A stretch of DNA of 63,102 nt, counting the filler. It is 10 parts of 10 records of this genome, joined end to end, with 100 filler letters (N's around TTAATTAATTAA, not from the genome) between each part and the next. Parts side by side here need not be neighbours in the genome. Positions count along the whole stretch, not along the records: positions 45,354 to 49,005 come from SRR15195285_356; positions 49,106 to 53,568 come from SRR15195285_359; positions 53,669 to 58,778 come from SRR15195285_360; 7 more parts are not named here. One strand, 5' to 3'. Of the stretch, positions 45,576 through 56,819 are shown one piece after another (the first letter of the stretch is position 1; the number at the start of each line of letters is the position of its first letter). The notes under the pieces are model-generated. The model saw nothing but the letters and a program-made list of their open reading frames with translations. It was not told the origin of the DNA and searched no databases. Position numbers and translations under genes: made by a program.

Positions 45576-48395
45576 ATGATGGTGGCGGTGACAGTGCCGT
45601 TCGCGCTGATAGTACATGCGCTAGTACTGTCGACAGTCACTGCCTTGCCTCCACAGCTCGAGGTATTCCCTGTGACCACTGCCGCCCAGCCACTTGTGAC
45701 TCGCAGTCTCCGCTTCACGATCACACGCGATGTTAACGACAACCGAACACAGTACCTGCTCCTGGAAATGACACCATTTCTCCAATTGATCTTGCCATTC
45801 ATTGTACACTCGTCTGACATCCGAGAGCTATTGGTCGGTCGGAGTAGGTACTTTCTGCTCGAGACCGTGCACGGCAGTGCGACAGGCAACAGTAGCGAGT
45901 ACCCCGCCCTGTCCACGTGGGTGTGCGCGGCCGACGGTGCAGCGTTAACTGAACTGGTGGCACCGATTGTTGGAACCACTGGCAATGGTCCGTTCCCAGC
46001 CATTCACGCGGTAGGTTCCGTCCAGATCCGTGCAACAGCGTATGCAGAGAAGGGAGGCCCTCCGCTCGACCGTTCGAACAACAGCACGGTGTTTTATGAC
46101 TTGTCGTATACGACACTTGCGCACGAATTGCACATCCGGACGCTGGACCACAATCGCGTCACACTGACTGCAGTCCCGACTAACCAGGTCTTGGCGAAAC
46201 AGACGAAGTCGTGGACATGGGATCACTTTGTGCCGAGTCATAGCAGGGGCGATGTTTCGTGGCTCCCTGGACAGATTGATGGCGCATACAAACAGAACCA
46301 TAGCAATCAGTACACGTTTCAGTTCGGTGTCCCGGGCGTATACTTCGTAGGCCTCGTGTACAGCAGCAACGCTTTCGACTTGCACGCGACACGTGCGGCA
46401 CCGAGTATTTATGATGGGCAGTTTTCTCAGCCCGCGCCGACCGCATCGCTGCACCCGGGTGGCCCGCAAGTCTTTGAGCCAATCGCATTTGTAGTGCCGC
46501 ATTTCAATGGGACGGTGCCGGTGATGCCTGTTTCTGACTTTCGCGGTCGTGTCGTTCAACTGCAATCTATCATGGGCGACCTTGAGCTGTGTATCCCACA
46601 CCGACGACTGACAGTGCTTGGCGGCCCACCTGCTGCTGGAGTAATCTATCTGCCACTATGTCCCGCATACCCAGCGCATCTTACCACTAAACACATGGCT
46701 TTGAGATCACCCACCTCGAAGCTGACCGTGTTGCCATCTCGAAGCTACGAGAATGGAGCCTTGGAGCAGAATGTTTCAAAGCTATCCACTGGCCGAGGCG
46801 CGCTATGGTTGATCAGTAGCTCTAGCTCGAGTTCTTCCGCTGATACATTCTCGCGATTCATGGAACTTACACTGAATGCGCCTGCAACCCTCATCGGCTC
46901 CACGTTTGCGATCCAGTTGGCCATCTTTGACGGGGTGGCGCCACCACCGGACCATAGTTCCGCCTGGCAGACAGTGGAGCTGAGTGTGGTTGCTTGGCCA
47001 GATGTGCAATCACCAAAGCATCTGGTAACAGCAATAACGGATGCCCCGACGCGAAGCCTGAACTACCTTTTTCACCTGGATGGTTCCGCGAGTAGCGTGA
47101 TTGATATTTACCGGCGGCTGGGTATGAGTGTCCTGCCGACGAGCAATGGAAATCTGATCGATCCCAGAACACCTGGTGGCAACTACAAAACGGGCCAGAA
47201 ATTCTACTTCCCTGCGAATAGAACAGGGCACGAGTGGGATGGTTTGAAGTACGGTATTGAACACGACACTTTTGGAAATGGTTTCAACGGGGAAGGTTTT
47301 TTCTGCCTTGCTACTGCCAAAACAGGCGGTGTCGGCTGTCCGGTGAACCAGTCGTGGTTGCCAGCAGGCCTATCGGATGATCAGATTGCATTGGAACTGC
47401 GGAAGTGGGAAAATGCTGTCGAGTTTTGGAATATGACAGGACTTTTAGATATCAGCTACGACGGCTTTTTGCTGAATCGGTCTTTCGAAAATTTGCGCTT
47501 AGTTACATCCATGGTACAACCAGACTACATCATTACTGACGCGGAACATTTCCCGCCGCTAGACAGCTACTACGATACGATCAGTCTTTCTGCAAACGCG
47601 AAGGCTCGACAACGCCCAGCTGAATCTGATTGTGCATTGGCAGCCCGCATTGCGGAAGAATTTTTGTCTATCTGGATGCAGTCTCTTAACTCAGCAGTCA
47701 ATTGCTTTTATGGTGACACTCCAGAAGGTGGTCATGGATCACACGGTCCTTGGGATGCGAGCATGCTCGCAAAGTACGGCGAGCAGATAGTTCCGCAGTT
47801 TGGCCTGTACAACGCACAAGCCTCGTACCCGATTGATGAATTTGCAAAGTGGATCAGGTTGAACAAACAAGCACACCAAAAACGCGGCCTGCACGGTATG
47901 ATCCCCTGGGTGACCACTGGCTTCGATGGTGTGTTTTCTGACGAACAGGTGTTCGAACAGGCTGTGCATCTCTTCGCGGGAGGCGCAACCGGTTTCAATG
48001 TATTTTCCGACGCGACAGATGGAGACTGGGACTCTTGGGGTACTCTATTAGCTTTTGTGCGCGCGACCGAGCTCGTGCTACCGTACGAAGAAATTGTAGC
48101 GTTCGGTGATGTTGCTTACTTTGATCTCGAATATGAAGCTGGTGGTGGTGGTGAGAGCGACCAGAACGTGCGAGCAGCAAGTGCCATGAAGTACCAAGGT
48201 CAGTATTTAATCGCGTTGTCACCACATGAGAAAGCCAGCCCAATGCACGTGCAGGTCAATATCTCTAGTTCCAAAGGATTTGTGCTGCACAACCTAATAA
48301 CAGGCGAGCGTATGCCAGTTCCCGCTGGTGACAAGGCTTTGTTTCAAGTGCAGAGCGATACTGTGGCTCTTATGTCGTTGCAAGCTAAGATATAG
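45576..48395 (+). CDS. Secreted 939-aa hypothetical protein, possibly with a glycoside-hydrolase-like TIM barrel in the C-terminal half
   Basis: Signal peptide (MMVAVTVPFALIVHALVLSTVTA), single exon, beta-rich N-half. PDYIITDAEHF, MIPWVTTG and HLFAGGATGFNVF are GH-barrel-like. Family not recognised. Confidence 0.65.
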   Translation: MMVAVTVPFALIVHALVLSTVTALPPQLEVFPVTTAAQPLVTRSLRFTITRDVNDNRTQYLLLEMTPFLQLILPFIVHSSDIRELLVGRSRYFLLETVHGSATGNSSEYPALSTWVCAADGAALTELVAPIVGTTGNGPFPAIHAVGSVQIRATAYAEKGGPPLDRSNNSTVFYDLSYTTLAHELHIRTLDHNRVTLTAVPTNQVLAKQTKSWTWDHFVPSHSRGDVSWLPGQIDGAYKQNHSNQYTFQFGVPGVYFVGLVYSSNAFDLHATRAAPSIYDGQFSQPAPTASLHPGGPQVFEPIAFVVPHFNGTVPVMPVSDFRGRVVQLQSIMGDLELCIPHRRLTVLGGPPAAGVIYLPLCPAYPAHLTTKHMALRSPTSKLTVLPSRSYENGALEQNVSKLSTGRGALWLISSSSSSSSADTFSRFMELTLNAPATLIGSTFAIQLAIFDGVAPPPDHSSAWQTVELSVVAWPDVQSPKHLVTAITDAPTRSLNYLFHLDGSASSVIDIYRRLGMSVLPTSNGNLIDPRTPGGNYKTGQKFYFPANRTGHEWDGLKYGIEHDTFGNGFNGEGFFCLATAKTGGVGCPVNQSWLPAGLSDDQIALELRKWENAVEFWNMTGLLDISYDGFLLNRSFENLRLVTSMVQPDYIITDAEHFPPLDSYYDTISLSANAKARQRPAESDCALAARIAEEFLSIWMQSLNSAVNCFYGDTPEGGHGSHGPWDASMLAKYGEQIVPQFGLYNAQASYPIDEFAKWIRLNKQAHQKRGLHGMIPWVTTGFDGVFSDEQVFEQAVHLFAGGATGFNVFSDATDGDWDSWGTLLAFVRATELVLPYEEIVAFGDVAYFDLEYEAGGGGESDQNVRAASAMKYQGQYLIALSPHEKASPMHVQVNISSSKGFVLHNLITGERMPVPAGDKALFQVQSDTVALMSLQAKI

Positions 48396-48615
48396 CAACG
48401 AAGAGAGTGCTAGCAAGCGACGGCACTGTATCACAGGGTTGAATGTCAATGTGCAGAATGCTCCGAGGTTGCCGAATCTGAGTAGTGGAGATCTGATATA
48501 CATAGTCTGCGCGCTTTAAGGAAATTCGAGAAGGTTACGGTTGAGAAGGAGGCGAATCGATCGTACATCGAATGTTTTTTGTAGCATTGTTGTCTACTGA
48601 GCGTGCACCTACTGC

Positions 48616-49005
48616 TCACAAACGGGCACCGTGACCGTCTGCTTGAGAAGCACTGATCTCTTGGTGCAACCTGGGCAAATCCGCTTGGAGTCCCTCCCAG
48701 TCTCGCCACGGATGTAGGAGCGTCTCCACAGCGCTGTCGTCGAACTCCTTGTAACCAGCGCGGTTCCCGTTGGTCACTCGAAAGTATAGCTGGTAGCGAG
48801 GAGTGTCAGTGGCGCCCTCATTGCGAGTCGCGTTGTGTGGCACGTGATACAGCGCCACTACTGCATCACCTGGGCTCAGCAAGACCTCCGTCGGCTTTGG
48901 CCAGCATTTCCCATCGGCTGTGTACTCTGTGCTGCATCAACGCCTAGGGTCGTGCTGCGTCGATCGGGTTCTCACAATGCTGACCGACGGAGCGTGAAAT
49001 CCATC
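48616..49005 (-). CDS. 3' fragment of a PhyH-like 2OG-Fe(II) dioxygenase
   Basis: LLSPGDAVVALYHVPHNATRN...RYQLYFRV fits the C-terminal PGD...H...N...R motif of PhyH-type enzymes. Truncated by the linker. Confidence 0.55.
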
Positions 49006-49105
49006 NNNNNNNNNNNNNNNNNNNNNNNNNNNNNNNNNNNNNNNNNNNNTTAATTAATTAANNNNNNNNNNNNNNNNNNNNNNNNNNNNNNNNNNNNNNN
49101 NNNNN
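49006..49105. other. Artificial contig linker
   Basis: 44 N + TTAATTAATTAA + 44 N. Confidence 0.99.
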
Positions 49106-49507
49106 GTACTGTGAGTATTCTGTGAATTCCTAATACATGTATACGCCACGTTAAAGGCAACGCCCAGCGGCTGACCGCCGCTCAACATCGAACATGGCCA
49201 GCAGTCTGACCGGCGCGGCCGCGTGGCGCAGTAAATCCGGTGAAGCGCGTACTTCAGTTACCCGCGCGGGGGTGATTTCTCACCGCTTGGCGAAGCGCGC
49301 ACGAGCCGGTGAACGATTGCTGGGCATGCGGCTTGCGTGTCTCATCAGTGTTGACATCATCACTCATCAACCCTCGCTCATGCCGCCGGAGAGCGGAGCT
49401 GCTGGTTTGGAAGGACCCATGCAGCAGGTTCCCGAGGTTGAGATGGCACCGGCGTCGGACAGTGGGCGTTCGAATAGCGCTCTACTAGCACCACCAGCGA
49501 GCGTGGC

Positions 49508-49681
49508 GGTCCACCGTCCAGGTGGGCACGGAAGCGAGCAGCGACGTGTTGAACTGACTGGCCGTCAGGTATCAGGCTGGGAGTTGGAATGGCGCTCTAC
49601 ATGTACTACTAGCGAGCGTGGTCCACCATCCAGGTGGGCGCGGAAGCGAGCAGCGGCGTGTTGAACTGACTGGCCGTCAGG
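49508..49681. repeat. ~62-bp direct repeat (3 mismatches)
   Basis: ggtccaccgtccaggtgggcacggaagcgagcagcgacgtgttgaactgactggccgtcagg at 49508-49569 and a near-identical copy at 49620-49681. Confidence 0.9.
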
Positions 49682-49717
49682 CCGTGGAACTGGTGACACG
49701 GCGCGAAGACGAGCGCG

Positions 49718-50755
49718 ATGGGCGATGCCACCGGCTACATGTACTCGGATGGTTCCATTGTTGCCACTACTGCGGGCAGTGCGAGCGGTGAGCCAGGGAT
49801 TGACTGGCGCTGGTGGGTGGGGGTCGGGCTGGGCCTGGGTGCAACGCTGCTCGCCACGCTTTCCAAAATCGCCATGAAGCACGCGCACAATGTCACAGCT
49901 GCTGCAGGCAAGCCCACGCGCTGGAGCCGCTGCTACTTGGCGCTTGGCCTAGCTTTGTTGGCGCTGAATCCGCCGATGGATGTTGCAGCCTTTGCATTCG
50001 CTCCGCAATCAGTTGTTGCTGCAACAGCCGGTAGCGCCTCTGTTTTCAACCTGATGCTCGCACCGTGCACGCTGCGAGAAAGTCCTTCGCGGTGGGACGT
50101 GTTCGGCGCGGTGCTGGTCACTGTCGGCTGCATTGGAGTAGGCATCTACAGCGACAAGACGCCTGAGGACTATTCGTATAGCGAACTGATGGGATTCTTC
50201 GCGGAACCGACTTTCGTGAAGTTCAGCGTTGGCGTAGTGCTTTGGATTGCGCTGCTGTCAAGTGGGTGCATCCTTACGGTCGAGGGCAAAATCGCAATGC
50301 TGATGCAAAAGATGGCCTGGGGCGCAATCAGTGGGAGCGTCGGTGGGTTCTATGTGTTTCTAAAATGCAGTGTGAGCTGGGTCGGAGGAGACGGCTGGGC
50401 AGCATGGGGCCACTGGCAAGCATGGCTAGTGCTCATCGGTGCAATCGCAACAGCAGTTGGCGGAGTCTGGTTGCTGAACGAAGGTCTACGGCGATACGAC
50501 GCGCTGTTCATCGCACCAACATACCAAGCCATGCTCGTCGTCATGGGCAGCGTCTCAGGGTTGGTCTTCTTTGGCGAGGCACACGAGCATGCCTGGGGAT
50601 ATGCTTGGAGCCTCGTTGTGATTGTGCTCGGAAGCATGACCTGCGTACTGTCACCGCCGTCGGCCGCCGACCAACATGAAAAGGTCCCTCTCTCAAGCGT
50701 ACGCGTGCCAGACGATAGCGAGTTCTCAACGTCGTCGGTGCAGGCGCGTGTGTGA
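49718..50755 (+). CDS. NIPA/DUF803 family Mg2+ transporter (DMT superfamily)
   Basis: About 9 hydrophobic segments; AAFAFAPQSVVAA, FNLMLAP..LRE, LLNEGLRRYDALFIAPTYQ, SGLVFFGE. There may be an upstream exon from ~49380. Confidence 0.85.
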   Translation: MGDATGYMYSDGSIVATTAGSASGEPGIDWRWWVGVGLGLGATLLATLSKIAMKHAHNVTAAAGKPTRWSRCYLALGLALLALNPPMDVAAFAFAPQSVVAATAGSASVFNLMLAPCTLRESPSRWDVFGAVLVTVGCIGVGIYSDKTPEDYSYSELMGFFAEPTFVKFSVGVVLWIALLSSGCILTVEGKIAMLMQKMAWGAISGSVGGFYVFLKCSVSWVGGDGWAAWGHWQAWLVLIGAIATAVGGVWLLNEGLRRYDALFIAPTYQAMLVVMGSVSGLVFFGEAHEHAWGYAWSLVVIVLGSMTCVLSPPSAADQHEKVPLSSVRVPDDSEFSTSSVQARV

Positions 50756-51643
50756 GCACCCGTGTGGCGCTCAATTAGACCCGATGCCAATTGGATGTGT
50801 TAGAACGTTGAGACAAACCTTTTTTCTTCTTCTATAAATGCCACTTGAGACACCGGAGTTCCTGTTGATCTTGACACCAGGCATTAGGCCATTTTCTCCA
50901 CACCCACTGGCCAGCATGATTGATTGATTGTGGCACTCTGACTATGACTCAGATGCGAATCTTGGGCGACCGATGTCCTGTGTACTCCCAATCAAGCTCA
51001 GGCAGTCTGTGGAAAAGCCAACGGGCCCCATTGGTTCCTGGTTTTTCAAGTGAAGACAAACCCCGACGATTACGATCACCTTGAGGAGATGATCGACTTC
51101 TATGCAAAGCTCTCCATAGCGAACCCAGCGACAGCTGCGTATAGCAAGGATTTGCTAACGGATGACTTTGCAACAGGTTGCATTCTGCTGTTTTCGGCAT
51201 AGTTGGGGAACTGACACCGACGATAGAGGCGCTGCTTGCGGTGCCAGACCATCCACTGTGGCCGCTCTGTACCGTGTGGTCGTGAGTGCAGGCAGCCCTT
51301 TCCCCTCTGCGTATGTGCTACCGATGCAGCTGGTGACTGAGCCTTGATCGTGCGCGCGTACAGTGCTTGGGTGATCAAGTGCATGGAGAAGTTGGACTGT
51401 GGGGGCGAGCGGAAAGGTTGCCAGCAGGAGTTGAGGAGGGCACGCCGCCTGAATAAAGGACAAAGGGTGCCAGGTGTCCTTGTAGTGCTCAGCCACTGAA
51501 ACTGTATGGGCATAGCAGGCCGTGCCAACATGAATCCACTTCATTCCACCGCTTGGGGGCGCGCGAACCAGATCTGAGTCTAAGCGAGCTCGCCCGATCT
51601 CGTAGCCGTGTTCCACCATTCCTGTGGGTGTGCCCCAGCACCC

Positions 51644-52698
51644 TCATCGACCGCTTCCTCCAGGCAAGGCCTCGCCAGCTTTCTTAATTCCTGATCGTTT
51701 TCGGGTTACACCACCCTCTGACTCCTCGATCGAGGCGCGCGTCTCTCCATCCGCACCAGTCCGGATTGTCTTCGTCACTCGCTTGCCGTTTTCGATCACG
51801 GTCTCGGTCCGCTCCGACACACCACCACTCGACGACGAGGATGAAGATGACGAGAACGACGAGAACGACGACGACGACGACGAGAAGGAGAAGCTGCTGG
51901 AAAAGGAGCCCCCTCTTCCTCCACCCGCGCCCAATCCTCCGCCCATTCCGCTCATCATTTCATGCAGCGCGCCAAATCCTCCCCCCATGGGAGCACCGGC
52001 GTTCCGGCGACGCAGCCTGTCATGAAGGCTGCCTTGCCCGCCCAATCCGTGCCTCGTGGAGGACTCGGGCACTTGCCGCAGGTACGCTTGCATTTCTCAG
52101 CGAGCTGTGCGTTGTTGCAGAACTGCTTGGCTTCGGCGCAGCGGTAATTCTGACCCTTCTCGTCCGTGGCAACGATGCCGCTCTCATCCTCGCACTTCTG
52201 CACGGCTCCACTCGGGGCCGCACCGTCTTCGAGAACGACCTCCTCTACAAAATTGTCACCGAAGAATTCCTCAAAGTTTTCAAACGGATCCTTGCCGTCG
52301 AAGGCGTCCTTGAAGATGTCCTGCGCACTTCGACCGAAGTTGAATCCGAACGGACTGCCGCCTCCGCGGGGCTGCTGCTGCTGGTTCTCCGGTTTGAGCG
52401 CATCCTTGCCACCCGCGTCGTACTTCACTCGCGCGTCTTCGTTGCTCAGGACTTCGTACGCCTCGGCTATGATTTTGAAGTTCGCCTCGGCCTCCGGGGC
52501 CTTGTTTTTGTCCGGGTGCCAGTGCATGGCGAGCTTTCTGTAGTGCTTTTTCACTTGCGACGCCTCGCAGTCACGCGGCACGCCCAGCACGTGGTAATAG
52601 TCATCGCTCGTCACGTCGTGCTCCTCGACCGGCCCCGCCAGTACCGCAGCACTGGCAGCCAGCGCCAGCACCAGCAGCCTCAGCAGCAGCGCCAACAT
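51644..52698 (-). CDS. Signal-peptide DnaJ (DNAJB6/B9-like) co-chaperone with ShKT domain; apparent frameshift near 52030-52070
   Basis: MLALLLRLLVLALAASAAVLA; J-domain DYYHVLG...HWHPDKN...AEAYEVLS; ShKT CED...C...FC...KCKRTCGKC. The G/F-rich, Ser-rich and SERTETVIENGKRVTKT DNAJB6-type tail lies in a different frame (ORF 51644-52093). Confidence 0.8.
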
Positions 52699-53568
52699 GG
52701 TACGTAGCGGTCTCCTTACGTGTGTACGCCACACCGGCAGGTACCTGCCGACGCAGTGGGCCCGGCGCCACCGTACGTCACGGCAGCAGGCCGGGCCGCA
52801 GCCGCTGCAGCCCTCCAGCGGGAGGCGGAGCAAGTGCAGTGCAGTGCAGAGGGGGCTGCAGGGCTCGGGTGCGTCTACGTAGCTACGGGCGCGGCACCGC
52901 CATCATCGACGCCGCTCGTCCTTGCCGGGCACGGGCGCCTCTTCGCTCTTGCACCGGCGGCGCGGCAGTGCCCCCAGCTGCCGACCGACCAATTACAACA
53001 GACCGACCAATTAACTGCGACTGCCTGCTGGGGCTGATCTCCGGAAATGTGCATATCGTTTCACCTACCGAGGTAAAAAAAGACATCATTTTTTTGAAAA
53101 TCGTCAAAATGGCACGAAACTGAAACCACGCTACCACTGCCCCCCCAGGACCATAGAGCCACCTTTATTTCGAACACATCTAGCTGAGGGTGCTCTTGTA
53201 GCGCTTCTAGCGGCGCTCAAACCGCCTTTTTTTCGCACCTTAGGGCTGGCACGCCCAGCTCCTCACAGAGCATACATGTTATTTGCCGACAGCAGTGACT
53301 GAGATCTGCGCCGTAGCCGGGCGCATTGCAGCCGACCACGACGGGCCGGCCAGCACGGCCGAGGCAGTTCCAGCATAGTTGAGTCAGCAACAGAGTTAAG
53401 AGTGGACTTTGGAGGGGGGTGGACGCGCACATTAGAACATTGGGCACGCACAGGGTGACGATGAGAATCAGAGACGCAAAAGCGCAGCTCTCTCTGATCA
53501 CCAAATGGTTGCAGGACGCGTGGGGCGCCACCGCAGGATGTTTCTCCCTCCAGCTTCACCTGACCCTG

Positions 53569-53668
53569 NNNNNNNNNNNNNNNNNNNNNNNNNNNNNNNN
53601 NNNNNNNNNNNNTTAATTAATTAANNNNNNNNNNNNNNNNNNNNNNNNNNNNNNNNNNNNNNNNNNNN
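53569..53668. other. Artificial contig linker
   Basis: 44 N + TTAATTAATTAA + 44 N. Confidence 0.99.
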
Positions 53669-54167
53669 ATTCAGCAATTCGACCCAAACACTCAGTACTG
53701 TATAGTAGGGAATCCGCGGAGTCCGGACAACGGATCGTCGGGCCCTGAGGCGCCAGGCAGGCAGCACACCCGACACCGCCCGAGAGCATCGAGCATGCAC
53801 ATTGCACTGGAGGCAGCAGCACAACCGGACATGAAATGCAAATTCTTGAATTGATTGAGCAAATTCTTCCATTCAAGTATAAATGCAGGGGTAGAGCGCA
53901 GCGCACCCGGCGGTAGGCTCGCGGGTGCCGGCCCAGGGTGCCCGGCCGGGGGTGCATGGCCGCGCTGCGGTACAGCGCCGCCGGTGCACAACCGCCACTC
54001 ATACTAGTACATACATTCGCAGCGCGCAAGAGGAGGATGGCCTGCGCTGGCTGATCCAGAGGGCTCGTTGGCTGCTAGAGAACTGCTCAGCAGGAGGACT
54101 CCGCGGGGGGCGAGGGACGCCGGCTGATACTGGCTGGAGTGCGTCCGGCAGGAGATTTCGGGTTGTG

Positions 54168-55713
54168 ATGTTCGCTGGGGCTTCGCCGGCTTCTCGGTGC
54201 TTGGTGCGTCGCCAGTTCGTCTTGTCGGGCACGGAGCAGCATGCAGCGTTGTTGTGAGATGTTGTGGTGCTGGCTGAGTAGAGCGCTGTGCTTTTCGACA
54301 GGGAGCTGTGGGCCGTGGACTTTGTGCACGGCCATTGCTGCGCCAGCGCACGGTCGGCCAGGCACAAAGTGCGTGGCGCAGCATCTCGATTAGTGCCACG
54401 AGCGACTCATCGTCGTCAGCAGCCACAGATGCCTCAGCCACGCACGCAACGATGCACGGGAGCGTCCCAGAGATGGCGGCAACGGACTGTGGTGGCATCC
54501 ATGCCACTACATACGCCAACGAAATCGCGCAGGTTGCCGCTGACGTGACGGCGGGAGGTGGGGCGGCAGCGGCTGAGGCACTGCCCTCTGTTGAGCTCGT
54601 GACGGAGGCGATGCCGTACTTCCGGCCGTACTCTCCGGCTACGATTATGTGCAACACTCTGGAGGCTGTGCACATAACGACTGGGCTGCCCTGGTGGGCC
54701 ACGGTTGCGGTCTGTACGCTCACCGCGCGCGCATGTTTGCTGCCGGTGATCATCTACACCATGAAGAACGGAGCCAAGATGGCACTCATGAAGCCGGAGA
54801 TGGACGCCGTACAAGCGCGTTTCAAAGCAGAGCAGCGCACCGACCCAACCGCACAGGCACGGTTCCAACGGGACGCGCAGGCGCTGATGACAAAGTATGA
54901 CGTTCACCCTATGAGAATGCTCCTCGGCCCTCTATCCCAGGCACCGATCTTCATCTCGTTCTTCATGGCGACGCGCAGGCTTGCTGAATTTAACCCCACG
55001 GTCGCTGAGGAGACTCTCTTTTGGATACCGAACGTTGCGGAGGCGGACCCTCTGTATGTTCTGCCTGTGTGTGCTTCGATCACGATGCTTACCATCGCGC
55101 AACTCGGTGGTGATACCGGCAATGATGCGCAGAAAGAGCAGATGGAGAAATTCAAGAAAGTAATGTCGATCGCTGCAGTCGGCGTGTTTCCGCTGACATA
55201 CTGGATGCCATCTTTGACGTTCTGCTACTGGATCTCCTCCAATACGTTCTCCTGCTTCCAGGTCCCGATGATGAAGAAGCCTGCCGTGAAGAAGCTGTTT
55301 GGCATTCCGATTGTCCCAACGGGGGATCCAGGTACGCGTCACTGCACCGACAAGTAGCCAGTCGCTACGCATCTTGGCGCCTAGATGCGTAATGCCTGTC
55401 TACATGTCAGCCATGTCTTTTGAATCTACGTCACTGTCGCTCTAACAATGCATGGGCGTGGCTACTAGCAGACGCAGCGACGAAACCTGTCACTGCTGCA
55501 GAGGTCAACGTGCCGGGGCAAGCCTCCGCCCCCAAGTATGCGCACCCTGGATCATTCAAGTCCGCGAGCCCGGGCTCCGCCAGCGAAGAGCAGGACAGCC
55601 CGGTGCTTGACGCCGAGTTCACCGAGGTCAAGAGCAGTGGTAACGAGAGTGGTGAGAAGAAGGTTGTGCGGAGGCGGAGACGGCATTCGAAGGGGAGAGG
55701 GAAGCGTCGGTGA
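54168..55713 (+). CDS. OXA1: Mitochondrial inner-membrane insertase OXA1 (YidC/Oxa1/Alb3 family), 3 exons
   Basis: LEAVHITTGLPWWATVAVCTLTARACLLP, QAPIFISFFMATR, DPLYVLP, YWISSNTFS. ATG 54168, intron 54204-54301 (GTGCGT..AG, phase 0), second intron ~55332-55471, basic C-terminal tail. Confidence 0.88.
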
Positions 55714-55742
55714 TATAATGGTAGCTTCAGTGCTAGTATCAC

Positions 55743-56819
55743 TCAGAGCGCATTTGCAGCGGCCTCCATCTCTCTCATCAGGTCCTCAGGGCTCATTGCC
55801 GCAAGCCGTAGACCCTTCTCAGCCTCTGTCACCCCGCGCCGCGCCTCCAGTGCGTCATCGTCCGCTGTACACAGAGCCAGATACCGTTCCTTCGCCTCGG
55901 CATACTCGCCTTGCACCATCAGCTCGCCAGCTGCTGACATCACAGCCGCGACCTCAGCCTGCCGAGCCAGCGCATCAGCAGCCTCGCGTAGGAATATCTC
56001 CAGCTCAGCCTCACTCATCGCCACAAGGGTGTCTGTCCACTTGGCCGGCTCGAGTCCTTGGTCTCGGTAGACAGAGCATACATGCTCCGCTACTTCTGCC
56101 GAACAGCCCTTCATCGTCAGAAACGATACTGCTCGTTCCTGCCCGTCACCGTCCCCCCAGGTCGTGCGGCTCCCGTTCGCTTCTCGCTTCAGAAGCTGCC
56201 CGCCGCTGGGGTTGCGTAGAGAAGTCCACCCTCGCCCTGCTATTCTGATCCGGACCTGACCATTGCACACGCGCACCTCCGCCGCCGTCACCTGCTCACC
56301 CTCCTCTACTGTGCCCACGCGCTCGCTGAGCTTGTCCATGCCAGACCGCAGCACAGACTTCTTGAGGCATCTGTACACCACGCCGGAGCCAGCGAGCTGC
56401 TCCGACAGGGCCGGTGCTCGTTCATAATTCTGGTCTTCGACCAGCAGGCGTGAGCCGTCCTTCGCGGTTAGGGACACCCAGCCCTCGGCACAGCGAACAC
56501 GGGTCTGTCCTCGATCGTTGACTTTCGTCTCGAGCACTTCTATGACGTCGCCGATCCGCAGAAATCCTAGCTTTTTGGACTCCGACTCAAAGCCAGCGCG
56601 CACCTTTGGCGGCCCGCGGACAACGTGTAGCAGCAGTGGGCCTCTCGAGGCTCCGCCACCGCCCGAGGCGCGGCTCGCTGCCGACTGCAGCTGCGCCGTG
56701 TGCACAACCGCCGCCTGGCGCTTTGTGTCCACGATCACCGACCCACCCGCACCCGCGTCCGCCTTGTCTGCGCGCAGCTGCTGCAGCAAACTCACCGCGC
56801 CGCCGGCCTCTTGCACCAT
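55743..56819 (-). CDS. Protein with two SH3b-like domains and a C-terminal TPR-like helix pair
   Basis: VRAGFESESKKLGFLRIGDVIEVLETK...RVRCAEGWVSL and LRSGMDKLSERVGTVEEGEQV...RIAGRGWTSL; TPR-like AGELMVQGEYAEAKERY. The start may lie upstream. Confidence 0.7.
   Translation of the reverse strand: MVQEAGGAVSLLQQLRADKADAGAGGSVIVDTKRQAAVVHTAQLQSAASRASGGGGASRGPLLLHVVRGPPKVRAGFESESKKLGFLRIGDVIEVLETKVNDRGQTRVRCAEGWVSLTAKDGSRLLVEDQNYERAPALSEQLAGSGVVYRCLKKSVLRSGMDKLSERVGTVEEGEQVTAAEVRVCNGQVRIRIAGRGWTSLRNPSGGQLLKREANGSRTTWGDGDGQERAVSFLTMKGCSAEVAEHVCSVYRDQGLEPAKWTDTLVAMSEAELEIFLREAADALARQAEVAAVMSAAGELMVQGEYAEAKERYLALCTADDDALEARRGVTEAEKGLRLAAMSPEDLMREMEAAANAL

Noticed and set aside
50949-51619. Minus-strand ORFs of 83-154 aa downstream of the DnaJ gene
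   Set aside because: No recognisable motifs or consistent splice model; possibly UTR or intergenic DNA.
55366-55391. 9-bp hairpin TACGCATCT/AGATGCGTA
   Set aside because: Short, intronic in OXA1 and compatible with chance; it is not a terminator in a eukaryote.
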